Positions 38,613 to 49,056 of a stretch of 49,056 nt of DNA are shown in pieces. This stretch comes from an uncultured bacterium. GTDB taxonomy: Bacteria > UBP14 > UBA6098 > B30-G16. A model generated the notes under the pieces. That model was not told the origin of the DNA, did not search any database, and saw only the letters and a list, made by a program, of their open reading frames with translations. Positions within the stretch are counted from its first letter, which is position 1; each line of letters opens with the position of its first letter. The DNA lies in assembly GCA_965552135.1 (NCBI GenBank), contig CBEVQY010000022.1:1-49056 (forward strand), written 5' to 3'. Position numbers and translations under genes: made by a program.

Positions 38613-39293
38613 TCACCTCGCTCCGAATATAGCCGTCCCTATCCGCAGGATCGTTGCGCCGTACTCGATGGCGATCTCCCAGTCGTTCGTCATCCCCATC
38701 GAGAGGTGCTTTGCGGGGATGTTTTGGGCGAGCATCTGGTCGCGCAGCAGTCGGAGCTTTTCGAAGCAGCCCGCAATGACGGACCTGTCGTCGGTGAAGG
38801 GCGCCATAGTCATAAGCCCGCAAAGCTTTACGTGCGGACATTTTTTGACTATGTGTTCGCCCAGGGCGAGTGCATCTTCGGGGTTTATGCCGTGCTTTGT
38901 GGCTTCAGGGCTTGTTTTGACCTCGATGAGAACGTCCTGAACGATCCCCTCGCGCGCAGCGCGAAGCTCAAGCGCATCCGCTATCTTGAACGAATCGATT
39001 GAGTGAATAAGCACAAACCTGCCCAAAAGCTTGTTTATTTTGTTTTTCTGCACCTCTCCGATGAAGTGCCATCGGATATCCGCAGGCAGCGCTGCCATCT
39101 TTGGCGCAACCTTCTGCCAGTAGTTCTCGCCGAAGTCCCTGTGTCCCGTCTCGTACGCCTCGCGTATGTCCTCCACCGTCGCAAGCTTCGTTACGGCGAC
39201 GAGGGTTATCTCGGAGGGGTCTCTTCCGCACCTTGTGGCGACGGATGCTATAGCCTCCTTTAAGCGCCTGAGGTTTTCGGCAACGCTTGGCAT
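38613..39293 (-). CDS. yggS: PLP homeostasis protein YggS/PLPBP
   Basis: LVAVTK, FGENY, WHFIG, GLMTM, LSMGMTND, RIGTAIFG; start overlaps the upstream stop. Confidence 0.96.
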   Translation of the reverse strand: MPSVAENLRRLKEAIASVATRCGRDPSEITLVAVTKLATVEDIREAYETGHRDFGENYWQKVAPKMAALPADIRWHFIGEVQKNKINKLLGRFVLIHSIDSFKIADALELRAAREGIVQDVLIEVKTSPEATKHGINPEDALALGEHIVKKCPHVKLCGLMTMAPFTDDRSVIAGCFEKLRLLRDQMLAQNIPAKHLSMGMTNDWEIAIEYGATILRIGTAIFGAR

Positions 39294-42253
39294 CAGGGCT
39301 CCTCCTCGCCCGATTGCATTATGAGCTCCCTTACGTGTTTGAACCGCCCCGCAAGCTCGGGGGGGATATCTTCGTCGCTTATGGTTTCGCAAAGGCTTTT
39401 TGCCCTTCGGCGGAGGTTTTCGTCTGCAAGCATTGGGTAGAGCGAAAGCGCAAGGACGCGCATTCTTTTGCCGCTTTGTGGCTTCAGCGTCTCTGCGGCG
39501 TCGAGGGCGAGCCTGAAGATGCCTTCGGCGAGGCTGCGGCAGCGCTTCCTGTCCCCCCCGTGCGTGGTGCAGGCGGTGAATATCACAGGTATGGCGTGCT
39601 CCACGGCTTTCGTGATGTTCTCCTCGTCCTCCTGCGGCAGAGACTGCAGGAGCAGAACGTAGAGGTCGGCGATGTCGAGGTACACATCGGCGCCTTCGGC
39701 TGAGTGCGTTATGCGCGTTTTGTGCTCTATGCCCTGTTGAGCGTACCTCGCTGCGCGGGCAAGCTCCTTTTTGTGGAAGGCGATTCTGGCAAGTTCGTGG
39801 TATGCGTCGCCGCAGAGGGCGTAAAACTCAAGCTTCACCTCTTGCGGGAGATCATCCGCCAGGGCTTTTTCCGCAAGCGATGTTCCCGCAACAAGCCACA
39901 CGACGGCGTCGTCCAGCTCGCCAAGCCTCGACCTCGATACCCCCCCTATCACCCTGGCTTTGACCGCAAGCGGCAGCGTATCTTTACGTTGGTCGAAGCC
40001 CCAGCGCTCGATGGAGCTTAGGGCATCTGTGGCGAGGCGTTTTGCATCCTCTGCTCTGCCCTGCGCGCCGAAGAGCTCCGCCTTAAGGAGCTTTACCTCG
40101 ACCGAGAGCTTGCGCCAATGGTCCGCGCGCCACAGAAGCCTTTCGCCAAGCACGGGCAAAAGCACCTCGCACTCGTCGAGCCACTCCAAAGCCCTCTCGA
40201 GCCTTTGGAGCTCCAGGAGGATGCTTGCGCCGCAGACCAGACATTCGATCATAGCCGCCCGCTCGCTGTAGTCGTGGTCGTCTCTGGCTCTGTCGCGGCA
40301 GAGGGACACGAATTTCTCCACCCAGCCTATCACAAGCTCCTTGTCGTTCAGCCAAAGGCGCTTTTGGTGGATCGTCCTCAGGATCTCGCCGGCGATGAAA
40401 AGCATCGGTCTTGTTCTGTATCGCATTCCGCCCAGCATTGAGAAGGCGAGGTTTGCGGCTGATTTCATCGCCTCCCACGCTTCCTGGACGTTTCCCTCGC
40501 AAAGCTTTGCCTCGCACATCGACCGCATAATCTCTATCTGTTCGATTGCGGCTTCGTTTCCGATGGCGCGCGATGCGCTTTGCGCCGAGATGGCGGCTTC
40601 GTGTGCTTTGGAGAATGTTGCGTTTGCTTCGGCGTGGTCGCCGAGGCGGGCGAGGGAAAGCCCGATGATCCTGTTGGCTTCGGCGCGCAAGAGCATATAG
40701 ACGCCGCTTTTGCCGCGGGAGGACATAACGCGCTCGGCTATTTTGGGCAAAAGCCAGCGAGCTGTCCATAGGGCGAGCCTGTCCCTGCCGGCGCGGGATA
40801 GGCACCTTGCGGCGCAGAGGATGTCCGCGATGTCGTCGCCTCCGCGCCACTCAAGTCTCTGGCGCGCATAGCGCAAAAGCTCACGCCGACTGAAGCGAGG
40901 AGCAAACACATCCAGGAGAAGGAAGCGGTGGTAGATGGGAAACTCGTCTTTGCCGAAGTTTTCGGCTATCTCATCTGCCCCCATAAGCGCGTCGACGGCG
41001 TCGCCGATCTCCCCGCGCGAAAGCGCCTCGCGCACGTACCAGTAAAGTATCGGCATCCCCTCCTCGAAGTCTTTGTTGGCGAAGAGGACGATTCTGTTGA
41101 GGGTGTCGCCTGCGGGTTCCTTTGGCGGCGTCGGTTTTCCTACAACCCCAAGCGCCCACCTCCGCGCAACAGGGTGGAGCATAAACCTCCACGGGAGTCT
41201 GTCGGGCTGCTCGAGTATGTCCACAAGCGCGGGCTCGGCGAAGAAAGCCGCTAAGGCGCCGGCGTCGGCAACAACGTCCTGCAAAACCTCAAGCGAAGGT
41301 CGCCTGCACACCAAAAGGGCGTTGAGAAGATGCCGCAAAGGCTCGTTGCGCTTCATAAGCTGCTTGTGTTCTATCACGCCTATCGGAAAGCCTATGGATG
41401 TGGTGCCGAAGGATTTGGCTATCTTTTTCTGCTTGCTTCTGTTGTCGACGCCGAGGTAGTAGAGGTAGGCGCGTTGCTCCAGGAGGGGCAGGGGGTCTAT
41501 CGGGATCGTTTCGAGCTTAAAGCCGTCGGTCGGCATAGGCTTTTCGACTGAGAATACAAAGAGCGTGAGGCTTGTGTGGCGCTTCATTCTGAGGAAGCTG
41601 TGGTATAGCTCGGGGATTTTGTCGGCGTCGTCCACAAGGAGCAGAAACGCCCTGAACCGGAGTGTTCGCAACGCCTGGTCGATATCCATTCCGAGCACTT
41701 CGGGCAGATACCACGAAAGCTCCTGCGGCGACATCGAGAGGAACCTCTTGCCCCATTGCGGTCCCCAAAGCTTTCGGAGCGAGTCGGTGCTGTGCTCCAC
41801 GAGGACACGGCGGAGATTCTGCTCGCCGCGGGGCGTGTCGAGATACGGGATGTATCTTAGCGCAGCCTCGTAGTAGTCGAATCTATCGATGCTTTCTCCG
41901 CGCAGATGGGCTATTCTGCCCAAAACGAACTCCGAAAGCCTCAGGTTCATCTTCCAGCGGGTTAAAAGCCTTGTTACGATGGCGTTGATTGCCTTGTACC
42001 AGTCTGCCATGGCGGGGTTTTTCAGCCTCAGAAGCAGGACGGGCACGTCGACTCTGTCGCGCCAGATGTGGCGTATGTGCTGCAAAAACCAGCTTTTTCC
42101 CGCGCCAAGCGGTCCTGTGACCTGCACGACGGGCAGCGATACGCCGCGGCGGGTGCCCTCCAGAATGCGCTCCAGGATGCGCAGCTGCTCAACGCGCCCC
42201 GTAAAGCGCGAAAGCCAGCCGGGCTCAGGATATGCGATCTCGGGGAAAGCCAT
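39293..42253 (-). CDS. STAND/AAA_16-like P-loop NTPase with C-terminal TPR-like repeats
   Basis: FTGR..QL, Walker A GPLGAGKS, Walker B LLLVDDAD, long helical repeat C-terminus. Confidence 0.7.
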   Translation of the reverse strand: MAFPEIAYPEPGWLSRFTGRVEQLRILERILEGTRRGVSLPVVQVTGPLGAGKSWFLQHIRHIWRDRVDVPVLLLRLKNPAMADWYKAINAIVTRLLTRWKMNLRLSEFVLGRIAHLRGESIDRFDYYEAALRYIPYLDTPRGEQNLRRVLVEHSTDSLRKLWGPQWGKRFLSMSPQELSWYLPEVLGMDIDQALRTLRFRAFLLLVDDADKIPELYHSFLRMKRHTSLTLFVFSVEKPMPTDGFKLETIPIDPLPLLEQRAYLYYLGVDNRSKQKKIAKSFGTTSIGFPIGVIEHKQLMKRNEPLRHLLNALLVCRRPSLEVLQDVVADAGALAAFFAEPALVDILEQPDRLPWRFMLHPVARRWALGVVGKPTPPKEPAGDTLNRIVLFANKDFEEGMPILYWYVREALSRGEIGDAVDALMGADEIAENFGKDEFPIYHRFLLLDVFAPRFSRRELLRYARQRLEWRGGDDIADILCAARCLSRAGRDRLALWTARWLLPKIAERVMSSRGKSGVYMLLRAEANRIIGLSLARLGDHAEANATFSKAHEAAISAQSASRAIGNEAAIEQIEIMRSMCEAKLCEGNVQEAWEAMKSAANLAFSMLGGMRYRTRPMLFIAGEILRTIHQKRLWLNDKELVIGWVEKFVSLCRDRARDDHDYSERAAMIECLVCGASILLELQRLERALEWLDECEVLLPVLGERLLWRADHWRKLSVEVKLLKAELFGAQGRAEDAKRLATDALSSIERWGFDQRKDTLPLAVKARVIGGVSRSRLGELDDAVVWLVAGTSLAEKALADDLPQEVKLEFYALCGDAYHELARIAFHKKELARAARYAQQGIEHKTRITHSAEGADVYLDIADLYVLLLQSLPQEDEENITKAVEHAIPVIFTACTTHGGDRKRCRSLAEGIFRLALDAAETLKPQSGKRMRVLALSLYPMLADENLRRRAKSLCETISDEDIPPELAGRFKHVRELIMQSGEEEP

Positions 42254-42268
42254 AGCGGAAACCTCGCC

Positions 42269-43072
42269 TCAGTCGAACTCGTAGAGAAAGCAGCGCTCCG
42301 TGGGCTCGTAATACGGCTCGGCGTTCGTGGAGCTGTCGGCAACGACTATGCCGTAAACGAGGTCCTGCGCGTACTTAAAGCTCATAACGAAGGGCTCGAA
42401 GTCCGCTGTGTAGCCGTCTCTGTCGCCGTCAAGCCACTCGCCGTCAAGCGATGCAATGTACGGACCCACACGCAAAGTATACCCCTCACCAACAACCAAT
42501 GGAGTATAAAACGAAAGCACCGCAAGGGCAACATCTTCGTAATAGGTGACAGCGAAGTCGTGAGGGAAACCGGAGCTGTCGTAAACCGTTATGTATCCTT
42601 CGCTCCAGATGAGCATCGATTCGTTCACGCCCTCCGAGAAGTAGATTCCGATGGAGTTCACTTCTCCCAGCTGTGAGTCGTAGCTTCGCAGGAGGTCGAC
42701 CCAGTAGACCTGCAGCGTCTTTCCCGTCCAGAACTCGGCTTCCCAGGGGGCAAGTTTTTTGCCCGAGGCGTCCTCTATGCCGTCGAGGACCTCGATGCGG
42801 TAGTGTGATGAGTCCGCTAAAGGCTCGGCGGGCGAAAAGAGGATCCTCTCCCCGCCGTATATGACCTCTCCGGGCACGGGCTCGTTTTCGGGGAGGGCGA
42901 AAAGCTTCACCGTTTCGGTCGATACGCCTCGCAGGGGCGGTCTATCCACGCTCACCGAGAGGCGCAGCCTTATGTTGCGCCTGACGTTTTGCGTGCCGAA
43001 GTTGGTGCAGTGCACTCTTGGTTCGTGGGATTCGGGTCCGCATCCGGCGCAGGCAACAAGCGCCGCAAGCAT
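42269..43072 (-). CDS. Lipoprotein with tandem Big_5/SbsA-like Ig domains
   Basis: CAGC lipobox; ILFSPAEPL....Y.I....I.D.SG..L; LDGDRDG; TGATG overlap suggests start 43072 (a more upstream start is possible). Confidence 0.7.
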   Translation of the reverse strand: MLAALVACAGCGPESHEPRVHCTNFGTQNVRRNIRLRLSVSVDRPPLRGVSTETVKLFALPENEPVPGEVIYGGERILFSPAEPLADSSHYRIEVLDGIEDASGKKLAPWEAEFWTGKTLQVYWVDLLRSYDSQLGEVNSIGIYFSEGVNESMLIWSEGYITVYDSSGFPHDFAVTYYEDVALAVLSFYTPLVVGEGYTLRVGPYIASLDGEWLDGDRDGYTADFEPFVMSFKYAQDLVYGIVVADSSTNAEPYYEPTERCFLYEFD

Positions 43073-44058
43073 CAAAGCACAAAGTCTGCCTTTGCGTTGC
43101 ACTTGTCGCACCGTCCCCCCTTTATTCCGACCACGGTCGCCCAAAAGCCCCGACGCTCCACCAAAAGGTTTCCGCAGTTCGGACAGTAGGTGTTTTCGGT
43201 GCCGGGGACGAGAAGGTTGCCGATGTAGACGTAGGGCAGCTTTTCGCGCGCAAGGTTATAGGCTTTTAAAAGCACCTCGGGCGGCGTCGGCGGAGCGCTG
43301 AAGCGATACGACGGAAAGTACCTCGAAAAGTGCAGCGGAATCTTCGGGTCAACGCCAGCTATGAAGTCCACGACGGCGTGGATGCTCCGCTCGGAGTCGT
43401 TCACCGTGGGGATTATGAGGTTGGTGACCTCAATAAGCGTCCTTTCCGCCGAAAGCTCTATTGTCCGCAGAACGGGCTTGAGGCGACCGCCGATGTAGCG
43501 GCGGTAGACCTCATCGTCCATCGCCTTGAGGTCGATGTTCATCGCGTCCACATACGGCAAAAGCTCCAGCAGGGGCTCCTCGTTTATGTATCCGTTTGTG
43601 ACGAGGACTATCCCAAGCCCCCTCGGCTTTGCCTCTTGCGCCACGTCGACTATGTATTCGTACCACACCAAGGGCTCGGTGTACGTAAACGATATGCCCG
43701 CAGAGCCTTCCCGCTCCGCGATCTCGACAAGCTCTTTGGGCGGTATGAACCGCGTTGGGACTTCAGCCTGCGATATCTCCCAGTTCTGACACCACCTGCA
43801 GCGAAGGTTGCAACCGTTTGGCGCAACCGAAAGGATGTACGACCCCGGCTTATAGTGAAAAAGCGGCTTTTTCTCGATGGGGTCCATGGCGAGGCTTGTC
43901 GTCCTGCCGTAGCCTGTGGAGTAGAGCTTTCCGTCGATGTTCTCCCTTATCCTACATATTCCCTTTGCGCCTGGTGAAAGCACGCACCGGTGGGGGCATA
44001 GGTTGCATCTTACGCGACCGTCCTCCAAAGCCTCCCAAAAAAGCGCCTCTTTCGGCAT
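43072..44058 (-). CDS. amrS: AmmeMemoRadiSam system radical SAM enzyme
   Basis: C.LCPH.C, DPIEKKPL, CNLRCRWCQN, FTYTEP, HFSRYFP, T.CP.C. Confidence 0.93.
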   Translation of the reverse strand: MPKEALFWEALEDGRVRCNLCPHRCVLSPGAKGICRIRENIDGKLYSTGYGRTTSLAMDPIEKKPLFHYKPGSYILSVAPNGCNLRCRWCQNWEISQAEVPTRFIPPKELVEIAEREGSAGISFTYTEPLVWYEYIVDVAQEAKPRGLGIVLVTNGYINEEPLLELLPYVDAMNIDLKAMDDEVYRRYIGGRLKPVLRTIELSAERTLIEVTNLIIPTVNDSERSIHAVVDFIAGVDPKIPLHFSRYFPSYRFSAPPTPPEVLLKAYNLAREKLPYVYIGNLLVPGTENTYCPNCGNLLVERRGFWATVVGIKGGRCDKCNAKADFVL

Positions 44059-44069
44059 GATGCCCCCTT

Positions 44070-44631
44070 TCAGGTGAGGTTTTTCGTTATCCACGTTGCG
44101 GCTTCGCGCAGATCCTTTGCGACGAATGCGGCGCGCCTGCGAACAGATTCGTCCTGTTGCGAGCCGTACCCCGTCAGAACCAGTATCCCGGGAACGCCTA
44201 TGTTCTCGGCAAGCTCGATGTCGCTCCACCTGTCGCCGACCACGCACACGGGCTCGACCCCAAGCTCCCTTTTAGCCCTTTCCACAAGCCCCGGCTTGGG
44301 CTTGCGGCAGTTGCAAACGATGGCGTATTCGCTCACGGCTCCGTCGGGGTAGTGTGGGCAGTAGTATACAGCGTCGATTTCGGCGCCGGCTGCGCGGAAG
44401 AGCGCAAGCATCCTTTCGTTCACGCGCCTGACCGCCTCTTCGTCGAAGTATCCCCGCGCCACGCCCGACTGATTCGACACAACGATCACCGCAAAGCCAG
44501 CCTCGTTGAGCATGCGGACGGCGTCGGTTGCTCCGGGCAGCGGCTCAACACCTGCCGGGTCCGAAAGAAAGCCCTTCTCGACTATGATCGTCCCGTCCCT
44601 GTCGAGGAAGACCGCGGGGCGACGGTGTCCA

Positions 44632-44645
<14 letters not shown>
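44070..44645 (-). CDS. gmhB: D-glycero-D-manno-heptose-1,7-bisphosphate phosphatase (HAD IIIA)
   Basis: FLDRDGT, SNQSGVARG, YYCPH, CRKPKPG, VGDRWSD; start at 44645 or 44672. Confidence 0.88.
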
Positions 44646-45327
<682 letters not shown>

Positions 45328-45334
45328 AGCGGGC

Positions 45335-45360
45335 ACAAAGCGGGGCTTTGGGCGCCCCGC
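45335..45360 (-). terminator. Possible intrinsic terminator after the vWA gene
   Basis: GCGGGGC-N7-GCCCCGC hairpin followed by a short TTTGT tract on the minus strand. Confidence 0.4.
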
Positions 45361-45403
45361 ATCCCATTCGGTCGAAGGCTTGAGCGCCAAGTATAAAGCG
45401 CCC

Positions 45404-48349
45404 TCAGTGTATGGTGAGCGTTCCCGTTCCAAGCGAGTAGACCCAGTAGCCTCGTCCGGGCTCGATGGATGTTGCGGGGTAGAACGACTCGCTCTCGCAG
45501 TCCCAGCCGAAGACGTGCCCCGGAAGGATGAGGTCGGGCGGATCAGTTTCGAACCAGGCGCTGTGGTTGACCGAGCCTATGAGGTTCCAGCCGGGGTAGA
45601 TCGGGATCGTAACCTCGTCAAGCGGTATGCCGCCGATGTTGTACGTATGCTCCTCGACCGAGAGTATCCAGAACCCGAAGCCTGTGCGCGGGATGTCGCT
45701 TGCGAAGTATGTTCCAGTCGATGCATCGTATTCGAACGGTCCGGCGTATACGCCCTCCAGGAAGTGCGCCCATCCCGGGACCGTTATAGCCGTTGGGAGC
45801 GAGGCGAGGCTCCAGCCGGCGCAAAGCGAAAGGGTGTCCTCGGCGGGAAGCGGCTGCGAAAGCGTTATGACCAAAGTCTCGTTGGAGGCATAGTGGTATA
45901 TGGAGTCGCGCTTCATGTCGATGTAGCCGTTCAGGGTTATTACGCCGTCCGGGAAGCCGTGGGGGCTCCAGTAGAGGGAGCCGGGCTCCTCAACCGTGAC
46001 GACGTACCAGGTTATCGGAAGCTCGTAGGTGTTCCTTATGTCCCTTTTGACCCTTGTGATCGACGGGAAGTCGGGGTCGTCCATCGGCAGGTAGACCTCG
46101 GTCTTCGACGGCGGTGGCGGGAGGATCAGAAGGTCGAGCGTTGGGTCGAAGCCGTCGGTTGCGGCGTCGGCGCAGCCTATGGTCAAAACCTCGGGCTGAA
46201 GATACCCGCCACCCTCGGCGTATCCGTAGAAGATGAGGTCGTGCAGCCACTGCGTCTGCCGCCAAAGCACAAGTATCATCCCGTCCTCGGAGTAATACCC
46301 AACCCTGCCGCTGTCGAGGATAGCGGACGAAAGCATCACGGGCGTGTACGATGCGCCGAGGGCGTCGTCGTTTATGTGGAAGTCGACGAACAGGAAGGTG
46401 TCTACGTCGGCGGCGGGGGATGTGCTCGCGGCGGTGATGTGAAGCACCGTGCCCGATGTATCCCACGTCACCGAAAAGCCAGAGGAAGCCGAGCCCGTAA
46501 CCACAACGTCGTTCACGCTCACCACCGATGGGTTGAACTCAACCCAAAGCTCGTAGCTCCGTATCGTGAACCTGCCGGGGTTTTCGGCAAGAAGGGGGAA
46601 GAGGACGTCGTCGCCGGGGTGGAGGGTGTCCTTTGGGAACCACAGGTGCAGGAAGTCGATGGTGAACGACCAGCAGTACTCGTCGGCGTTTGGTCCGCAG
46701 TATTCGCTTTGGACGAGGTCTGCGGCTTGGGCGCAGACGTTGATCGTGTCGCCAACGCCCCAGCTGAAGAGTCCGACGGGATCGATACAAAGCAGGCTAT
46801 CGGTAAAGCTTACCACTGCGCTGTCGACCGTGAACGTGTCGCCGTCGACCAGAAGCGCGAGAGTGCTCGTGTCAAGACCGGAAAGCTCATCCCAAACGCG
46901 GATGCATATCTGCTCGGGGATACCGCCGACGATCTCGCCGTCCGGCGGGAACTCGTCTGAGAAGGCGGGCGGGTCGAGGTCGACGACGAACCACCCCGAC
47001 ACCGGTGTCGACAGTGTGCAGCCGCCCATGTCGTTCGCCGCAACAAGCTCGTAGAAAACGGAGTCGCCCGACTCAAACTCGCCGGTGTCGGGCAGAAAGT
47101 GGAGTGTATCGTTCGCAAAGACCATCCCTGGCTCGGGGTATTCGTGGTCCTCGCCGTTTACGCGCAGAACTATCGTGTTCTCGTCGACGCCGACGTCGTC
47201 GTCGTAGATGCCTATGATCACCTCCTGCGGGTCACACGCCGTCCAGACGCCGGGGGCGGGGTGGATGTTCTCCGCAACGGTCGGGGTGCACCAGCAGTTC
47301 GGGATGTACATACACCCGCTTGCGGTGGCGCTGAAGGTATCGCTTGTGACGTATATCGTAAAGCATCCGTCCGGTCCCAGGCAGCCCGATGTGTAGTTCA
47401 CCCGCCAGAAGAAGGATACCGTGTCGCCCGCGGGGACGTCGGTCTTCAGGGCGGGATCATCCCCGTAGAGGAGTTCTATGCAGCTTCCGCGGTAGGCAAA
47501 GCCCGCCCAGACCGAGTCGAGGTCGAAGCCCGTGTCGTTCCATACGTCGACCTGAATGACCTGAAATGTCCCCAGAAGCGGGATGATGTCGGAGTAGATG
47601 GCAACGAACCCGTACTCGAAGTCGAACCAGCGCCCACCGGTTGACTCGGAGAAGTCATAGTAGAACCACAACGACACGTCTTCGTCGACGCAATCGTCGA
47701 AGCAGTAAGGCGGATCAACGGTCACCGGGAAGAACATGATCCCCCTATCGAGCAGGGTTGCTGCGACTTCGTCTGCGGTCCAGGCGGAGTGGCAGTCGAA
47801 GCACGGGTCGCCCACCTGGCAGAAGCACGCGTCGGTAAGAAGGATTATGACGCGCAGCGCGCCGAGGCGCCAGTCCATACTGTCGACGGCTGCCATGATG
47901 GCGTCAAGCGCCGTCTCGGGCAGATCACCGCCACCCGAAGAGCCCATCGTCATCCACGAAACAAAGGTATCTATGTCTGTGGTGAGGGTGCTGCCGTGGG
48001 GGAGGTTGAAGCCATCGCCGAAGGTCACGATCCCAAAGGAGCAGTCGTAGCCCGTGGCTGCCATCGTCTCGGCAAACTCGATTATGTGCGCCCTTGCCGC
48101 ATCTATCCTCGAGCTCATGCTGCCCGTCGTGTCCAAAACGAAAACTATGTCGACTGCGCCTGTGTCCTCGGTGCAGCTTATGCGCAGGTTGAAGGTTCCG
48201 TCGGGCATGAGGGAGAAGCTGTGGGGCGTGCCCTTGCGGATAAGCTTTATATCCGCTATCCTAAGCCCCGTCCCCTGCGACGAGAAAACGAGCCCAACGC
48301 CAAAAAGCAAAACAACGCTTGCCCAAAAGCGCCTCACCCAAACAGCCAT
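45404..48349 (-). CDS. Secreted vWA + Ig-like + cohesin-like + GWN-repeat protein (~981 aa)
   Basis: Signal peptide; MIDAS DTTGSM, GGDLPE, LLTDA; remainder colinear with 18660-22490. Confidence 0.88.
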   Translation of the reverse strand: MAVWVRRFWASVVLLFGVGLVFSSQGTGLRIADIKLIRKGTPHSFSLMPDGTFNLRISCTEDTGAVDIVFVLDTTGSMSSRIDAARAHIIEFAETMAATGYDCSFGIVTFGDGFNLPHGSTLTTDIDTFVSWMTMGSSGGGDLPETALDAIMAAVDSMDWRLGALRVIILLTDACFCQVGDPCFDCHSAWTADEVAATLLDRGIMFFPVTVDPPYCFDDCVDEDVSLWFYYDFSESTGGRWFDFEYGFVAIYSDIIPLLGTFQVIQVDVWNDTGFDLDSVWAGFAYRGSCIELLYGDDPALKTDVPAGDTVSFFWRVNYTSGCLGPDGCFTIYVTSDTFSATASGCMYIPNCWCTPTVAENIHPAPGVWTACDPQEVIIGIYDDDVGVDENTIVLRVNGEDHEYPEPGMVFANDTLHFLPDTGEFESGDSVFYELVAANDMGGCTLSTPVSGWFVVDLDPPAFSDEFPPDGEIVGGIPEQICIRVWDELSGLDTSTLALLVDGDTFTVDSAVVSFTDSLLCIDPVGLFSWGVGDTINVCAQAADLVQSEYCGPNADEYCWSFTIDFLHLWFPKDTLHPGDDVLFPLLAENPGRFTIRSYELWVEFNPSVVSVNDVVVTGSASSGFSVTWDTSGTVLHITAASTSPAADVDTFLFVDFHINDDALGASYTPVMLSSAILDSGRVGYYSEDGMILVLWRQTQWLHDLIFYGYAEGGGYLQPEVLTIGCADAATDGFDPTLDLLILPPPPSKTEVYLPMDDPDFPSITRVKRDIRNTYELPITWYVVTVEEPGSLYWSPHGFPDGVITLNGYIDMKRDSIYHYASNETLVITLSQPLPAEDTLSLCAGWSLASLPTAITVPGWAHFLEGVYAGPFEYDASTGTYFASDIPRTGFGFWILSVEEHTYNIGGIPLDEVTIPIYPGWNLIGSVNHSAWFETDPPDLILPGHVFGWDCESESFYPATSIEPGRGYWVYSLGTGTLTIH

Positions 48350-48379
48350 CGCATTTCCCCCTTTTTCGCCTGAAGTCAC

Positions 48380-48408
48380 AACATAAACCCCCACGCCGAG
48401 TCTGTCAA
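48380..48408 (-). promoter_or_regulatory. sigma70 promoter of the vWA gene
   Basis: TTGACA-N17-TATGTT; SD AAAGGGGG before ATG 48349. Confidence 0.75.
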
Positions 48409-48444
48409 TACACTTTTCGGGCAGAGCTTCGGGACAAAAATCTC

Positions 48445-48472
48445 TTGCAATGTCGGAAGCTGATGCTATTTT
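48445..48472 (+). promoter_or_regulatory. Putative rpsF promoter
   Basis: TTGCAA-N16-TATTTT with TGn extension. Confidence 0.55.
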
Positions 48473-48506
48473 TGGTGAAGTGTCAGCTTGAGGGAAGGGA
48501 GGGCAT

Positions 48507-49007
48507 ATGGCTAAGGATAATCTATACGAGATGATGGTTATCTTCGACAGTCAGGGCGATGAGGCTGAGATTCGCCGTCAGTTCGATGTTGTGCAGGAGG
48601 TGATCGAGAAGCGCAGCACCGAGTTCATAGGTCGCGCCGAGTGGGGACTCAGGGAGTTTGCCTATCCCATACGCAAGAGGCGCGCGGGGTACTACGTCTA
48701 TTACCTTTTCCGCGCCGGCGTTGAGGCGCCAGCGCTTATATCCAACACCGTGAAGATGAACGAGAAGGTTCTGCGCCACCTCATCGTTCGGGCGAACAGG
48801 AGCGCGCTGGATTATCTTGCTCGGATGCAGGAGCAGAGTTTGCCCGAGTCTGCGGAGGGCGAGGCGGAGGCTCAGCCCGAGGTTCCTGAGCCCGAAGCCG
48901 AACCCGAGGCGACCGAAACCGCCGAGGCAAGCGAGACCCCCGCCGAAGAGCCCCCGCAGGAGGAGACGGGGGAAACGGAGGAGAGATCCGAAGAAACTGA
49001 GGGCTGA
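48507..49007 (+). CDS. rpsF: 30S ribosomal protein S6 with acidic tail
   Basis: YEMMVI, WGLREFAYPI.K...GYY, VLRHLIVR. Confidence 0.95.
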   Translation: MAKDNLYEMMVIFDSQGDEAEIRRQFDVVQEVIEKRSTEFIGRAEWGLREFAYPIRKRRAGYYVYYLFRAGVEAPALISNTVKMNEKVLRHLIVRANRSALDYLARMQEQSLPESAEGEAEAQPEVPEPEAEPEATETAEASETPAEEPPQEETGETEERSEETEG

Positions 49008-49029
49008 AAATTAGAAGGAGGCGTTAGCC

Positions 49030-49056
49030 ATGGCTTCGCGCGACAGGAGGAAGAGG
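49030..49056 (+). CDS. 5' fragment, probably ribosomal protein S18
   Basis: AAGGAGG SD, MASRDRRKR, position directly after rpsF; only 9 codons visible. Confidence 0.45.

Noticed and set aside
48473..48506. S6:S18 leader RNA
   Set aside because: The leader is short and no convincing stem is visible

Overview
GC-rich (roughly 60% by eye), gene-dense window from a diderm bacterium. It is probably an uncultured FCB-superphylum relative; this is inferred from T9SS-style C-terminal domains, a PorP/SprF-like barrel, gmhB and lolD. About 40 CDSs are present. Housekeeping genes include tyrS, uvrB, guaB, split transketolase, rseP, yggS and rpsF. There is a divergent dprA / comEA-pilin-pilM competence locus ending in a PorP-like barrel + OmpA fusion, and a separate pilT-pilC-pilS block. 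Also present are a two-gene satellite microcompartment locus (BMC-H + encapsulated EutE-type aldehyde dehydrogenase), an orphan citF, a TPR-Roadblock protein and a STAND-like NTPase-TPR protein. Large secreted proteins include two colinear paralogs that share an Ig/cohesin chassis with different N-terminal heads. One DUF4097-like gene is frameshifted. Several clear sigma70 promoters are visible, and some imply leaderless mRNAs. No tRNA, rRNA, CRISPR array or mobile element was recognised. All calls come from motif recognition by eye; no database search was run.
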